A DNA stretch of 64,000 nucleotides. Origin: Chiloscyllium plagiosum. Taxonomy: Eukaryota. The DNA lies in NCBI RefSeq assembly GCF_004010195.1, contig NC_057718.1, forward strand, positions 37,881,152-37,945,151, read 5' to 3'. The translations under genes and the position numbers were made by a program. The notes under the pieces were generated by a model, which was given only the letters and a program-made list of their open reading frames with translations, was not told where the DNA came from and searched no databases. Of the stretch, positions 63,821 to 64,000 are shown piece after piece. The number at the start of each line of letters is the position of its first letter. The first letter of the stretch is position 1.

Positions 63821-64000
63821 ATTCTTTCAAGGCATCCCATGCTCGCCTCACCTTATGAATTCACCTCATGTCTATGTTTTGACCAAGACTACAACAAAGT
63901 CAGAAACCATGCGCTTTAGCGGAATCCTGCACACTGGGAGACAATAAGCACAAGGTCTAAAAGTTACCTGCCAATAGCACTGAAGATCTATGCTCCATAA

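Noticed and set aside
63968..64000. Minus-strand donor-like site (cag|gtaact) as the next UBR2 exon
   Set aside because: The required phase has an in-frame TAG and no similarity to the expected peptide.
1..64000. CRISPR arrays, rRNA or operon-like prokaryotic systems
   Set aside because: None seen; the sequence is eukaryotic with spliceosomal introns and has no regularly spaced repeat-spacer array.

Overview
Vertebrate genomic DNA, most likely from a cartilaginous fish (shark). That assignment is an inference from the repeat content (V-domain tRNA SINEs with CR1-type tails, a Deu-type SINE, abundant CR1/L2) and from the protein divergence. Three genes are recognisable: intronless TBCC (+, 10214-11260), three-exon PRPH2/peripherin-2 (+, 23463-32113, 350 aa), and the last seven coding exons of UBR2 (-, 58688-48570), which converges on PRPH2. 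This is the same gene order as at human 6p21.1. Most of the rest is transposon-derived: a full-length decayed L1, many CR1/L2/other LINE fragments, SINEs, a Tc1/mariner-type MITE and Penelope-like elements (PLEs). The most striking signal not explained by the ORF track is a set of minimal hammerhead-ribozyme motifs (CUGANGA...GAAA-NN-UH) from at least three PLE-related families. They include a TSD-flanked insertion with an inverted terminal copy, a non-coding palindromic element of about 380 bp, and core-intact copies lying sense in PRPH2 and UBR2 introns. There is also a near-perfect 224-bp local duplication of the probable UBR2 poly(A) region. Gene and exon coordinates were worked out base by base. 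Repeat boundaries are approximate, and family names come from recognition by eye, not database searches.
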